A stretch of 64,000 nucleotides of DNA, taken from contig JBEKVV010000001.1 of NCBI GenBank assembly GCA_049513715.1, positions 32,001 through 96,000 of the forward strand, in the 5' to 3' direction. The notes beneath the pieces were generated by a model. The model searched no databases and was not told where the DNA came from. It saw nothing but the letters and a program-made list of their open reading frames with translations. The DNA comes from Candidatus Bathyarchaeia archaeon. Its GTDB lineage: Archaea; Thermoproteota; Bathyarchaeia; 40CM-2-53-6. Shown one piece after another: positions 1 through 10,194 of the stretch (its first letter is position 1; every line of letters starts with the position of its first letter). The position numbers and the translations under genes were made by a program.

Positions 1-794
1 CTGGAGCGGAGGACAAGAGCGACCGCGACGATGATGACGATTGCTATCCCCACTAAGGCTGGCAGTAGCCATGATCGGGTTGATGGGCCGGCGGTCACGG
101 TGACTTGCAGTGGCACCTTATGGTTCAACGAGCCTGATACGGCTAGGAGTGATACCGTGTAGTTCCCGGCATGGACGGTGCTAGAGACTAGGAGGGTGAC
201 GCTTGCGCTGCCGCTGGGCACGACGGAAGCGGGGCTGAATTGGAATGTGACACCTGTTGGTGCGTCTAGGGCTGTGAGGTTGACGGCTTGGTTGAAGCCC
301 CGCAGTGAGAGGAAGGTAAGGCTAAGCGAGGCGCTTTGTCCTTGTTGAATGGACACCGCGGTCACCGATGCTTCTACTGAGAAGTCGGGGGATGAATAGG
401 CGAAGACTAAGCTCTGGCGTGCCGTAATGTACCCTGGTTTATCCGCGACTAAGAAGACCGTGTAGTTCCCTCCAGGAGAATCTGGCGAGATTTGAAACGA
501 GTCTTGGAATATGCCGGCCAGGTTGGTGTAGGATATTGCGACGTGGATGCTGGTTCCTTGAGGGTTGTTGACTTGGATGGAGATTACGGCGTTTGGAACG
601 GACTGGTTGTAGGTTTCGAAGACTCGCCCTATGATTATGACTGACACTCCCCGGTCAGTCTGGGATCGGTTGAAGGAGGTTTGTATGAGCATGTTCCGCT
701 GCGCCAAAACTTGAAGGGGTGAGGCTATGGCTAGAATGACCAGAATGGCTGTTGCGCCATAAAGAAGTGGCGAGCGCAAACCCGATAGCCTCAA
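1..794 (-). CDS. Secreted/surface protein with Ig-like beta domains and C-terminal TM anchor (runs off left edge)
   Basis: Not in the ORF track. Manual translation from TTG at 794 is open to base 1: signal peptide (MRLSGLRSPLLYGATAILVILAIASP), beta-rich S/T/V segments (PDFSVEAS..GFNQAVNLT..GVTFQFSP), then hydrophobic LLPALVGIAIVIIVAVALVLR. Confidence 0.8.
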   Translation of the reverse strand, partial: MRLSGLRSPLLYGATAILVILAIASPLQVLAQRNMLIQTSFNRSQTDRGVSVIIIGRVFETYNQSVPNAVISIQVNNPQGTSIHVAISYTNLAGIFQDSFQISPDSPGGNYTVFLVADKPGYITARQSLVFAYSSPDFSVEASVTAVSIQQGQSASLSLTFLSLRGFNQAVNLTALDAPTGVTFQFSPASVVPSGSASVTLLVSSTVHAGNYTVSLLAVSGSLNHKVPLQVTVTAGPSTRSWLLPALVGIAIVIIVAVALVLRS

Positions 795-856
795 CTTAGT
801 AAGCCGCAACCGAAGCCTATTGTAGTTTGCTTCCAGTCTTGGATTAATCTAAGGAA

Positions 857-1546
857 TTGCGGAACTTGACGCTAGTCTTCATTCACGGCGCGGGCAGCAC
901 TGGTAAAGTCTGGCATCTGCAACTCGCCCACTTCAAAGGGTCATTGGCCGTGGACCTGCCTGGCCACCCAACTGGGTCAGGTTGCACGTCAATCAAGGAC
1001 TATGCAGATTTCGTTGCAGACTACGTTGATAGGAACAGTGTCCAAGACCCAGTTCTTGTTGGGCATTCCATGGGTGGAGCTATTGCGATTGAACTGGCCC
1101 TGCGGGGCACTAAAATGGCTGGGTTGGGTTTGGTGGGAACCGGCGCAAGGCTTCGAGTCCACCCAGACATACTGCGGACGATTTCAGAGAACTACAGTGA
1201 AGCCTGCAAACTGGTTGCCAGATGGTCCGTCTCACAGAAAGCCGACGAGTTAGCAATAGACCAGGTCGCACAAGAAATGCTTAGAGTCCGAGCCGAAGTG
1301 GCCCACGGTGACTTCACCGCTTGCGATAAGTTTGACCGTATGAACGACATCGAGAAAATAGCCACGAAGACGCTCATTGTTTGCGGCGCCGACGACCGGC
1401 TAACCCCATTCAAATACTCGCGGTACTTGCATGACAAGATTCGGAATTCGAGGCTGGCAGTTGTTGCAGACGCTGGACACAGCGTGATGCTTGAGCAGCA
1501 TCGCCAGTTCAACGAGGCGTTTGAGGCTTTGTTGGCCTCACTATGA
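857..1546 (+). CDS. Alpha/beta-fold hydrolase
   Basis: HGAG oxyanion motif, GHSMGG nucleophile elbow, D..TP acid, AGH catalytic His. Confidence 0.9.
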   Translation: MRNLTLVFIHGAGSTGKVWHLQLAHFKGSLAVDLPGHPTGSGCTSIKDYADFVADYVDRNSVQDPVLVGHSMGGAIAIELALRGTKMAGLGLVGTGARLRVHPDILRTISENYSEACKLVARWSVSQKADELAIDQVAQEMLRVRAEVAHGDFTACDKFDRMNDIEKIATKTLIVCGADDRLTPFKYSRYLHDKIRNSRLAVVADAGHSVMLEQHRQFNEAFEALLASL

Positions 1547-2642
1547 CCCCCTCTTCCTGAAGCTTAGACCTCATTAGGCTGTGGACTCTGTCGAGGTTCT
1601 CCCCAGTCTTGATACTGACTGGGACAATGTCCTCATTGAGGAAGTACCTGCGAATCACCGCGATGGACTCATCCAATCGCTCAGGTGTGACCAAGTCCAT
1701 TTTGTTAGCGCATATGATGGTGGGTGAGGTTATTTCGAGTTCGCTCAAAATCTGAGCACACGACCGCACCTTCCTCTCCAATGGAAATCCTTCGTCGCTT
1801 GCATCGATGAAGAGCAGGACTAGATCGGCGGTGGTCAGTTCACCGAGGGTTGCGTGGAACGCCTTCAAAATGATCGGATGCATATCCTCAATGAATCCAA
1901 TGGAGTCGATGAGAATGTACTCCCCGGACTTCGAGTCGGGGTCGGTGTAGGCTTTGCGGGCGAAAGTGGCTAGGGTTGTGAAGGGGCCAAGGCCTACGGT
2001 TTTGTCTTCGTGTGTGGTGAGGTTGAAGAAGCTGGTTTTCCCGGCTTGTGTGTAGCCAGCTAGCCCGACGATTGGGAAGCCTAGTTCGCGTCTGTGGTCG
2101 CGTTTGAGCATCTTCTTCTTGTAGATGTCATCCAGCTCCGCTTCGATTCTGCTGATTCGACTTCGGGCTGCCCGGTAGTATTCCTGATACGGGTAATCGC
2201 CGGGCCCCATCCAGCCCAACTGTTCGCCCATGATGCCGCGAAGTTTGATGAACTCCCGGCCCCAGGATAACGTGTACTTGAGTTTCGCAAGCCGAATCTG
2301 AAGTTTAGCCTCGCTCGTGAAGGCCCTTTTGTCGAATACTTCTAGGATGAGGAGGTTGCGGTCTATGACGCGGACTTCGCCGCCTAGGAATTGCGTGAGC
2401 TTGAAGACGTGACTACTCGTGAGGGGATTCGCGAAGATTACCGTATCCGCGTCGTTGTCTTCGACCAGGCGTTTGAGGTCATTCAACCGGCCGGGTCCGA
2501 TGGTGTAGGAGTGGTGAACACTTTTGCGCTTCTGAATGAGCGTCCCAACAAGCTTGTAGCCAATGTTCTCCGCCATGGTCTGGGTTTCTTCTCCTAACGG
2601 GGGAAAGGCGGGGAGCTTCAACTCCACGATTACTGCTCGCAA
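1509..2642 (-). CDS. hflX: GTPase HflX
   Basis: IGPGRL, VIDR..LILEVF, A...EAKLQ..LA, G1 GYTQAGKTS, FTTL, DSIGFI, NKMD. Confidence 0.9.
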   Translation of the reverse strand: MRAVIVELKLPAFPPLGEETQTMAENIGYKLVGTLIQKRKSVHHSYTIGPGRLNDLKRLVEDNDADTVIFANPLTSSHVFKLTQFLGGEVRVIDRNLLILEVFDKRAFTSEAKLQIRLAKLKYTLSWGREFIKLRGIMGEQLGWMGPGDYPYQEYYRAARSRISRIEAELDDIYKKKMLKRDHRRELGFPIVGLAGYTQAGKTSFFNLTTHEDKTVGLGPFTTLATFARKAYTDPDSKSGEYILIDSIGFIEDMHPIILKAFHATLGELTTADLVLLFIDASDEGFPLERKVRSCAQILSELEITSPTIICANKMDLVTPERLDESIAVIRRYFLNEDIVPVSIKTGENLDRVHSLMRSKLQEEGVIVRPTKPQTPR

Positions 2643-2770
2643 ACTCGCTTAATTCACCGAGACGCTCTTCACTATAGCCATTCGTGGTGCAGTATTTAGA
2701 GTACTCCGAATTCCATCGAGAAACAGTTGATTTTGCGTGAGTCAACATCTGTGAGCGGGCGTTGACAGGC

Positions 2771-3043
2771 ATGAAGTGTAGGGCCCACGTGTTTGTTACT
2801 GGCAGGGTGCAGGGGGTGTTCTTTAGATCTGAGACTGCTGGGCTCGCGCAGAGGCTTGGTTTGACAGGTTGGGTTCGGAACCTGGACGACGGCAGGGTTG
2901 AAGCTGTGTTCGAAGGCGAGAAGGAGGATGTCGAGAAGGCTATAGAATTCTGCAAACACGGCCCCGCTGGAGCACACGTGGAGGATTTAGATGTGAAACT
3001 TGAGGGCTGGAATGGAGAATTCCAAGGCTTCATCATTGAATGA
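2771..3043 (+). CDS. acyP: Acylphosphatase
   Basis: GRVQGVFFR and GWVRN..DG.VE signatures. Confidence 0.95.
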   Translation: MKCRAHVFVTGRVQGVFFRSETAGLAQRLGLTGWVRNLDDGRVEAVFEGEKEDVEKAIEFCKHGPAGAHVEDLDVKLEGWNGEFQGFIIE

Positions 3044-3155
3044 TGGCCACGCTTGTAGAGAACCTTGGATTTCGACGTTGTAAGTGTTACAGTTCAATCA
3101 TTGGGGTTGGGGGAGTTTAGATCAGGCCACTGGGAAACAGACGCGTTTCATACGC

Positions 3156-3170
3156 GGAAGAACTTAAAGT
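3156..3170 (+). promoter_or_regulatory. Putative BRE/TATA promoter of tRNA-Glu
   Basis: Purine-rich GGAAGAA followed by CTTAAAGT, about 27-33 bp upstream of the tRNA 5' end. Confidence 0.55.
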
Positions 3171-3195
3171 ATGGAACCCTCTGCTTTGCTGCTGG

Positions 3196-3317
3196 GCTCC
3201 GGTGGTGTAGCCCGGTTAGCGGAGCGACGTCAAGCTAGACCGAGAGCATACCGGCCTTTCGCGGCACAAGCCAAGGAAAGTCGGTGATCGCGGGTTCGAA
3301 TCCCGCCCGGAGCACCA
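3196..3317 (+). tRNA. tRNA-Glu(TTC) with two introns (3219-3244 in the D-loop; 3262-3278 at 37/38) and encoded CCA
   Basis: Acceptor GCTCCGG/CCGGAGC, D-stem GTGT/GCAT, anticodon stem CCGGC/GTCGG with loop CT-TTC-G^A, T-arm GCGGG-TTCGAAT-CCCGC, 3' ACCA. Both insertions fold as bulge-helix-bulge motifs. Confidence 0.93.
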
Positions 3318-3344
3318 AACCTTCAAATGCGTGTCGGAGAAATG

Positions 3345-3400
3345 TTCCTGAGGATGTTCCTCTTAGGGGCTAAGAGGTTATCCTCTTAGGGCATCAGGAA
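3345..3400. repeat. CCTCTTAG motif x3 (forward, reverse, forward) inside a TTCCTGA/TCAGGAA inverted repeat
   Basis: CCTCTTAG 3359-3366, CTAAGAGG 3370-3377, CCTCTTAG 3382-3389; flanks 3345-3351 and 3394-3400. Confidence 0.8.
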
Positions 3401-3453
3401 TTTTCACGTTGAGCGCAAGCAGCTAATTCTCCGACAGCCATCTTCAACCAAAT

Positions 3454-4452
3454 CTACGACGTCTTGGTAGGCCTACTTGCTAGCTCCTTCCAGCTTGGTA
3501 TGTTCGACATGCTTTGTGCGGCCTTTACACTTCTCACGACAGCCCGTGCTACGCAGCGTGTTGCTGTGTAACCCAATATATCCACCATACGTTTCGACTC
3601 ACGCATTCCTCCTATTCTACCTGTGGAAGCTGCGAACAGCGTGTCGCCGTCGCGGGATAGGTGTATTGGCCTTATCGACATTGCCAACCCATCGTTCGCC
3701 ATTTGTGCGAGTCGAATGAGGTTTTCGTGCGATAGGTCGACGTTTGTCGCCACGACGCCTATCGTGGTCTTGCTCCGCGGGATCTCTTCTTTCAGGTAAT
3801 CTGGAATTAGGTCGTCGAATTCGAGAAATCTTCCTTCTGGAGTTCTTGTTCCGGCGATCGTTTTCGCGTCAGTATCGATGTCGTAAATGTTTCCAACTGA
3901 ATTGGTTACAATCAATGCTCCAACCACTATGTCGTTCGGCAAGCGCACGGCGTATGTTCCGCATCCGCCTTTGCATGCGAAGTTCAAGCCTTTCAGTTTT
4001 CCAACCGTTGCTCCCATCCCCGCCCCCACGTTGCCTTCAGTCACCGGGTTGGAAGAGGCATTCACACTTGCAGAGTATCCCAGCTGGGAGTAGTCGGCTT
4101 CGTGAATTGTGGCGAATTCTAAGTCCCAAATGTTGGCGCCCACGATACCCGGAACCTTCCCGGCTCCGCTTGGCATAGCCAGTTTCTGTTCAAGGAGAAA
4201 CCGCCTTACACCAATTGCCGAGTCAAAACCGAACACGTCTCCCCCAGTCAAGAAAATTGCGTGCTTCTTTACGTATGTTTTCCCTATGTCGATTGAGTGG
4301 GTATCGTAAGTTCCCGGCCAACCTCCACGCGCGTCGCACGCCGTATCAGCTTCAGGATCGAAAAGAATCACCGTACAACCTGTTCGGGCTCGCTCGTCCT
4401 GCGCGTGGCCAACTTTCACGCCGTCCACGACCGTTAGAGTAGTGTTTGTCAC
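3454..4452 (-). CDS. P1-family (DmpA/NylC-like) Ntn peptidase
   Basis: GVKVGH, TGCTV, DARGG.PG, GNVGAG.GAT.GK, TTIGVVATN, DGDTLFA. Confidence 0.9.
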   Translation of the reverse strand: MTNTTLTVVDGVKVGHAQDERARTGCTVILFDPEADTACDARGGWPGTYDTHSIDIGKTYVKKHAIFLTGGDVFGFDSAIGVRRFLLEQKLAMPSGAGKVPGIVGANIWDLEFATIHEADYSQLGYSASVNASSNPVTEGNVGAGMGATVGKLKGLNFACKGGCGTYAVRLPNDIVVGALIVTNSVGNIYDIDTDAKTIAGTRTPEGRFLEFDDLIPDYLKEEIPRSKTTIGVVATNVDLSHENLIRLAQMANDGLAMSIRPIHLSRDGDTLFAASTGRIGGMRESKRMVDILGYTATRCVARAVVRSVKAAQSMSNIPSWKELASRPTKTS

Positions 4453-4698
4453 TCAGTAGCCTCCGTCTTGTGGCCTGTTGACCTTGGACTTCATGCTTCG
4501 CGAAAGTGTACCTTTGGGAAGTATTTGTTTTTCCAACGCTGACATACTGCTCACGTTTTGTCTCTCTTGCCTCTTCTGTCAGACCTGTGGATGAACATTG
4601 CGAACAAAATTGCTCCAAGTACCTGCGCCAATTCGCGGTCAGCATGTATTATTGTATAGCTGTGGCGTAGAAGTTGCGGAGAGCCTCTGTGTTCGATA

Positions 4699-6144
4699 TT
4701 AGAGGCTGACATGTGCTGATGGAATCCGGTCACGCCAAGGCATGGCCTGTTCAAACCTGCTCGCCAGTCGAATCAGAGTGGCTTCCTCTCCAAATCTGGC
4801 CACGAATTGCACGCCGATGGGCAGACCGGAGTTGCTTTGACCGAGAGGCAGCGAGATGGCAGGTTGCCCAGTCACATTGAAGGGGGGCAAGTGCATGTTG
4901 ATTTCGTCGCCGAGCCGCATGAAGTCCACAAAGTCCAGGTCCGTGCGCGTGGTTGCGTATTTCCCAAGTGGTTCCGGGAGTTGCGACAAGGTCGGTGTCA
5001 ACAGCACGTCGTATTCTAGGAAGAATCGTCCGAATGTGCGACGCAACTTGTTTAGGACACGGTCAGCACTTATTATGTCTGCCATGTTCAAGCCCCGTGC
5101 GTAGCGGTAACACGATAGCGTCACCGGTTCCAATGTTTCTTCATTTACCTCTCGCCCCATTCGGGCCGCCAAGGAATCTATCATCACATCAAAGCCAAAT
5201 TCCCAAGGGACACATAGGGCGCGCAGGTATTCTTCATAATCAAAAACGGGCGTGGCCTCGACGACTTGGTGTCCCATCTCGTCACACTTTGCCGCGACTT
5301 GCTCCACAAGTCTTACCACCTCGGGATGCACAACAGTTCCGGGTTGCCATGGCTGCGCCGTCCAAGCGACACGTAACTTGCCTGAGGAGACATTCACTTC
5401 TTGGCGGTAAGGCCGCTGTGGTTGCACTATTACGAAGGGGTCGCCCGGCGCCGGTTGCGACACGGCATCTAGCATCACGGCTATGTCCCTCACAGTCCGG
5501 CTGACAGCAAACTCCTGCACCATTCCATCGAGACGTTCGGCAGAATCAGGCCCCTGCGTTACGCGACCGCGCGAGGGTTTCAGGCCTACGAGGCCGCATG
5601 CACTAGCTGGAATGCGGATTGATCCCGCTCCATCACTGGCATGCGCTATAGGTATGATACCAGCCGCCACACTGGCTGCGGCTCCTCCACTGGAACCACC
5701 AGCCAGCATTTCCAGATTCCAAGGGTTTCGTGTCGCGCCCGTCAAAATAGATTCAGTTGTGCCCGCCAAACCAAATTCCGGTGTAGCGGAGCGCCCTAAG
5801 AGAGTCAAACCCGCCTGCTTGAAACGCGTCGTCAAAAATGAGTCCTTGTCGGCAACGTACCCCTTCATCAAGCGGGAGCCGCATTCCTGCCGCTTCCCGT
5901 TTTCGGTGGCGCCAAGGTCCTTCAGCAAGAATGGCACGCCGGCGAACGGGCCAGTAGGCAGGGGCCTGTCTTTCAGCGCTTCAACGCGTTCCGCGTACGT
6001 CTCGATAACCGCATTGATTTTCGGGTTAACCTTCTCTACGGCTATCAGAAAAAGCCGCCCCAGCTCCTTCGCGGTCACCTGCTTTCTCTTCACCAACTCG
6101 GCCAAACCGACGGCGTCATACTGGGCATATTCTGAAAGATCCAT
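4699..6144 (-). CDS. Amidase-signature family amidase
   Basis: GVPFLLKD, TRNPWN, GGSSGGAAA, SDGAGSIRIPA..CG.VG.KP. Confidence 0.95.
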   Translation of the reverse strand: MDLSEYAQYDAVGLAELVKRKQVTAKELGRLFLIAVEKVNPKINAVIETYAERVEALKDRPLPTGPFAGVPFLLKDLGATENGKRQECGSRLMKGYVADKDSFLTTRFKQAGLTLLGRSATPEFGLAGTTESILTGATRNPWNLEMLAGGSSGGAAASVAAGIIPIAHASDGAGSIRIPASACGLVGLKPSRGRVTQGPDSAERLDGMVQEFAVSRTVRDIAVMLDAVSQPAPGDPFVIVQPQRPYRQEVNVSSGKLRVAWTAQPWQPGTVVHPEVVRLVEQVAAKCDEMGHQVVEATPVFDYEEYLRALCVPWEFGFDVMIDSLAARMGREVNEETLEPVTLSCYRYARGLNMADIISADRVLNKLRRTFGRFFLEYDVLLTPTLSQLPEPLGKYATTRTDLDFVDFMRLGDEINMHLPPFNVTGQPAISLPLGQSNSGLPIGVQFVARFGEEATLIRLASRFEQAMPWRDRIPSAHVSL

Positions 6145-6490
6145 TTCGAACGCCTTGATTGAATCGATTTGAGCGGGTTATGATGAGGCTCACTAAAATC
6201 CTGAACGGTATCTTGTGGTTGAACAGTTGATGGCATCGTCGAGAGTCCTTCGTGGCGCCTCATCAAGAAGGAACAATAATGCGGCCAAACTCTCGTTCGT
6301 CATCATCGCCGGATTAGTCGGTCCAGCAAACTTGCAATCGGGTGATGGCTGGGAATTTCCCTTTCAAGGCTTGTTTGTGTGGCGATGATCTACAGCGTCA
6401 GCACCCCGACTGGGTATATAGTGTATGTGTGAAAGAGCTATACCGCCAGCGCTCACTGTACTGCTTTCTTGAAAATGTCTGGTGATTTAA

Positions 6491-8179
6491 TTGTCTAAAG
6501 TACAGTCTAGAATGCGTCTGATAGTGGCAGCGATCATAGTAGTCATCGTTGTAGTAGGAGCAGGAACGTACTTCTTCTACTCGACGACTCGACCACCACC
6601 ACCTCCACCGGCTCCTAAGATATTGAAAATGGTGACATCAGCTGATTTCACAACTTGGGATCCGAGCGCGTCATATTCAACGGAGGTCTTCTACATGGCT
6701 AACTTCTACGAACCGTTGCTCTATGCGAATCCTCTGGGGAGTGCTGAGCCGATCAAGCCAGCTCTTGCAACAAGTTGGGATGTGTCAGCTGACAGCAAGA
6801 CATGGACTTTCCATCTGAGGAGTGGCGTAAAGTTCCATGACGGAGAACCCTTCAACGCACAAGCAGTAAAGTACTCATTGAATCGGACCCATACTATGGG
6901 CTTAGGCGCCGCTTACCTCTTGGACGTCGTAGATAGCATCGACGTCTTAGACAATCTAACAGTGAGATTGAACTTGAAATGGGCTGCACCACTTACCCGA
7001 GTGTTGAGCGCTGAAGCTGGAATGTGGATTATGAGCCCGAAGAGCGCTGACAAAGGTAAGGATTGGTTCGAGCAAGGTAACGAAGCAGGGACAGGACCTT
7101 GGAAGCTTGAAAGCTACAAACCGCGCGAAGAAGTTGTTATGACACGATTTGAGGATTACTGGGGCGGATGGCAACCGGGGCAGTTCAACAAGGTAGACAT
7201 CAAGATTTCCACCGAAGAATCCGTTGAACGACAGATGCTCGAAAGCGGTGAAGTGGACATCGCCACAAGGGTACCTCTAGAGAGCATACCCGTACTGAAC
7301 GCAACCGCCAACTTAGTCGTGTATGCCTCACCAAGCTTCTACAACTACGTTGCCTTCCTAAACACAAAGAAACCCCCTCTCGACAACGTATTGGTTAGAC
7401 AAGCGATTTCCTACGCCATGCCCTACGATGACATCATCACCGTAGCGGCGAAAGGTTACGCAACGCAATCCAAAGGACCCGTTCCAAAGGGATTGTACCC
7501 CCACCAAGATACCCTCTTCCAATACACGCATGACTTGAACAAGGCAAAGCAGTTGCTCGCGCAGGCAGGTTACCCGAACGGAATCAATCGCACCGTTGTC
7601 TTGACCTACGCCGCTGAGAACCCGAATGAAGAACTCTTTGCACCCTTAATCAAGTTTGAACTTCAGAAGATCGGCATCAATGTTGAGATCAGGTCTATCC
7701 CGTGGGTTGAGCAGTGGGCTTTGGCAAAGAAGGATCCTGCTAGCGCTCAGGACATATTCCTACTTCTCTGGTGGCCATCCCTTAACGATGGATATGACAA
7801 CTTGTTCTCAATGTTCCACAGCGAGACGAGCCCGTTCTTCAATATGGGTTACTGGTACAACAGCACCTTCGATGATCTGATTGACACCGCGTACGCTACC
7901 GAGGCCTTAGATCCAGTGAAAGCTAATGATATGTACTTCAAAGCCCAAAGTATGCTCGTGGAATCTGCTCCGGCTGCTTACCTCTATGATGCTATGAACT
8001 TGGTTCCGATGAGCAAGTCAATTAAAGGGTTCGTTGACAATGCGTACTACCCGTTCGTAATCTTCCTGTACCCACTTACGCAAGAACAAGCTACAGGCGC
8101 TGCGCCTACACCCACAGCCCTAGCCCCGATTCTCCGGCTTCAGCATCTCATGTCGGAAGTGGCGACTAGGGACGTCTAG
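6491..8179 (+). CDS. Oligo/dipeptide ABC transporter substrate-binding protein (family 5)
   Basis: N-terminal TM anchor, LATSWDVS.D.KTWTFHLR.GVKFHDG, GTGPWKL, VRQAIS.A. Confidence 0.93.
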   Translation: MSKVQSRMRLIVAAIIVVIVVVGAGTYFFYSTTRPPPPPPAPKILKMVTSADFTTWDPSASYSTEVFYMANFYEPLLYANPLGSAEPIKPALATSWDVSADSKTWTFHLRSGVKFHDGEPFNAQAVKYSLNRTHTMGLGAAYLLDVVDSIDVLDNLTVRLNLKWAAPLTRVLSAEAGMWIMSPKSADKGKDWFEQGNEAGTGPWKLESYKPREEVVMTRFEDYWGGWQPGQFNKVDIKISTEESVERQMLESGEVDIATRVPLESIPVLNATANLVVYASPSFYNYVAFLNTKKPPLDNVLVRQAISYAMPYDDIITVAAKGYATQSKGPVPKGLYPHQDTLFQYTHDLNKAKQLLAQAGYPNGINRTVVLTYAAENPNEELFAPLIKFELQKIGINVEIRSIPWVEQWALAKKDPASAQDIFLLLWWPSLNDGYDNLFSMFHSETSPFFNMGYWYNSTFDDLIDTAYATEALDPVKANDMYFKAQSMLVESAPAAYLYDAMNLVPMSKSIKGFVDNAYYPFVIFLYPLTQEQATGAAPTPTALAPILRLQHLMSEVATRDV

Positions 8180-8203
8180 GCCCCTGCTCCTTTGTTGTCA
8201 GGG

Positions 8204-8220
8204 CTCCCCTCTTTTTTTCC
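8204..8220 (+). terminator. Pyrimidine/oligo-T tract after SBP gene (possible intra-operon terminator)
   Basis: CTCCCCTCTTTTTTTCC shortly after the stop codon. Confidence 0.45.
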
Positions 8221-8243
8221 TAGTATCTCCCTGGGGTACCTAG

Positions 8244-9266
8244 TTGAGAAGAAGAGAGTACTTTATCCGCCGTGTCAGTTTGACGGCGCTGGTACTCCTT
8301 GGGTTAACTGTTCTGACGTTCGTTCTTGCTAGGGTTGTCCCCTCCGATCCTGCGGCCTTGTACGTTGGTCCCCGTGCTAGGCCTGAGGAAGTTGAGACTG
8401 CCCGCCGTCTACTCGGGTTGGATAAGCCTCTCTACCAGCAGTACTTCATCTATCTATACGATATCATTCATGGAGATTTCGGCATTTCCATCAGGACGAA
8501 ACGTCCCGTTATTGATGATCTTCGATCTGCGCTTCCTGCCTCCATCGAGCTCATAACGGCGTCGCTGATCATAGCCCTCGTAATCGGACTCCCTCTGGGC
8601 ATCGTCTCCGCGAAACGAAAGGACACCATAGTTGACCACGCTTCACGCTTGGTAACTGTGGCCGGCGTAGCAATTCCACCATTCTGGCTGGGTCTCATGT
8701 TGCAGTTGCTTTTCATACGGGAGCTTGGACTATTGCCAGTAGGGGGCCGGATAGATACAGTCGTAAGCATGACCTACCCAGTTAAGCAGATAACAGGTTT
8801 CTACTTTTTCGATACGCTCATAACAGGGAATTGGCCAGCGTTCGTCAGCAGCCTTCAGCACATCATACTTCCAGCCTTCACTCTGTCCGCATACGCCATC
8901 GGCCTGATCGCCAGAATGACTCGTTCCACTATGCTTGAAGTGCTTGGGGAGAACTACATCAGAACGGCAAAAGCTTGGGGCTTCTCCGACAGAGTCATTA
9001 CATACGTATACGCTCTCAAGAACGCAATAGGACCAACCCTAACGGTAGTCGGGCTTACCTTCGCGTTCCTAATCACAGGAACATTCTACGTCGAAGCCAT
9101 CTTCTACTGGCCAGGCTTGGGGAGTTACGCAGCCTCGGCATTATTGAGCCTAGATTTTCCTGTCATAATGGGAGTCACGCTAATTCTCGGGTCCGCTTAT
9201 GTATTGATCAACCTGATACTTGACCTAATTCAGGTGTACTTGGACCCCCGGGTCGTCCTAGGGTGA
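8244..9266 (+). CDS. Peptide ABC permease (DppB/OppB-like)
   Basis: GLDKPL..QY, GDFG.S, R..RS.MLEVL..YIRTAKA.G, E..F.WPGLG. Confidence 0.95.
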   Translation: MRRREYFIRRVSLTALVLLGLTVLTFVLARVVPSDPAALYVGPRARPEEVETARRLLGLDKPLYQQYFIYLYDIIHGDFGISIRTKRPVIDDLRSALPASIELITASLIIALVIGLPLGIVSAKRKDTIVDHASRLVTVAGVAIPPFWLGLMLQLLFIRELGLLPVGGRIDTVVSMTYPVKQITGFYFFDTLITGNWPAFVSSLQHIILPAFTLSAYAIGLIARMTRSTMLEVLGENYIRTAKAWGFSDRVITYVYALKNAIGPTLTVVGLTFAFLITGTFYVEAIFYWPGLGSYAASALLSLDFPVIMGVTLILGSAYVLINLILDLIQVYLDPRVVLG

Positions 9267-9272
9267 GCGGCG

Positions 9273-10187
9273 ATGTCCACTGAGAGCCGTGTTGCCCAGA
9301 AGCGTTCCGAGAGCTTGGCAGCGTCTCTCCTTGAATACCGTTTGAGTTTCCACCTTCTTCGAAAGAACCCGATTTCGTTTCTTGGGCTGGTAATCATAGT
9401 TGTCTTCTTCATCACCGCCATTTTCGCACCTTGGCTGGCACCATACCCCGAGCAAGGCCTAGGTGCACCGAATCTAGAAACGCGCTTGGCTCCGCCAAGT
9501 CTCGAGCATCTCTTCGGTACAGATAGCCTTGGACGGGACATCGTGAGCAGAGTAATCATGGGCTCGAGAATTTCGCTGACGGTGTCCATGATCGTTGTCG
9601 CTCTTGCAATCAGCGTAGGGACTCCCCTTGGAGCAGTAGCCGGATACATCGGAGGCATGTGGGACGAGATTATCATGAGAATAACCGACCTCTTTCTTGC
9701 GTTTCCGTCCTTGCTGCTTGCAATGGCGATAGCTGCTGCGCTTGGTCCCAGTTTAGCGAACTCCATGGTGGCTCTGGCACTGTCTTGGTGGCCGTGGTAC
9801 ACCAGGCTTGTAAGATCCCAAGGCGCATCGCTAAGAGAGCGCCCATTCGTAGAAGCAGCGCGAGCAATGGGAGTTCCCGACAAGAACATAATAGCACGTC
9901 ACATATTGCCTAACAGCCTGGCACCCGTCATAGTCCAAGCCACGGTTGACATAGGCACGGTGGTCCTCGCAACTGCCGCCTTGAGTTTCATCGGTCTGGG
10001 TGCTCAGCCACCTGCCCCTGAATGGGGACTCATGGTAAGCTCGGGACGGTCATACATATTCGAGCAGTGGTGGATCTCAGCTTTCCCCGGTCTCGCAATT
10101 TTCGCCACCTCACTGGCCTTCAACCTGGTGGGAGACGGATTGAGAGAGGCGCTGGATCCGAAGGTAAGAAGAAGCAGAAGGGCTTAG
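9273..10187 (+). CDS. Peptide ABC permease (DppC/OppC-like)
   Basis: H.FGTD.LGRD, EAARAMG, RHILPN, LSFIGLG..PP.PEWG, GDGLR..LDP. Confidence 0.95.
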   Translation: MSTESRVAQKRSESLAASLLEYRLSFHLLRKNPISFLGLVIIVVFFITAIFAPWLAPYPEQGLGAPNLETRLAPPSLEHLFGTDSLGRDIVSRVIMGSRISLTVSMIVVALAISVGTPLGAVAGYIGGMWDEIIMRITDLFLAFPSLLLAMAIAAALGPSLANSMVALALSWWPWYTRLVRSQGASLRERPFVEAARAMGVPDKNIIARHILPNSLAPVIVQATVDIGTVVLATAALSFIGLGAQPPAPEWGLMVSSGRSYIFEQWWISAFPGLAIFATSLAFNLVGDGLREALDPKVRRSRRA

Positions 10188-10194
10188 TTGTCTA

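Noticed and set aside
5483..6172. Long alternative ORFs such as 5483-6172, 4953-5504, 9230-9889, 2479-3036, 34601-35170
   Set aside because: They overlap well-supported genes on the opposite strand and show no recognisable motifs
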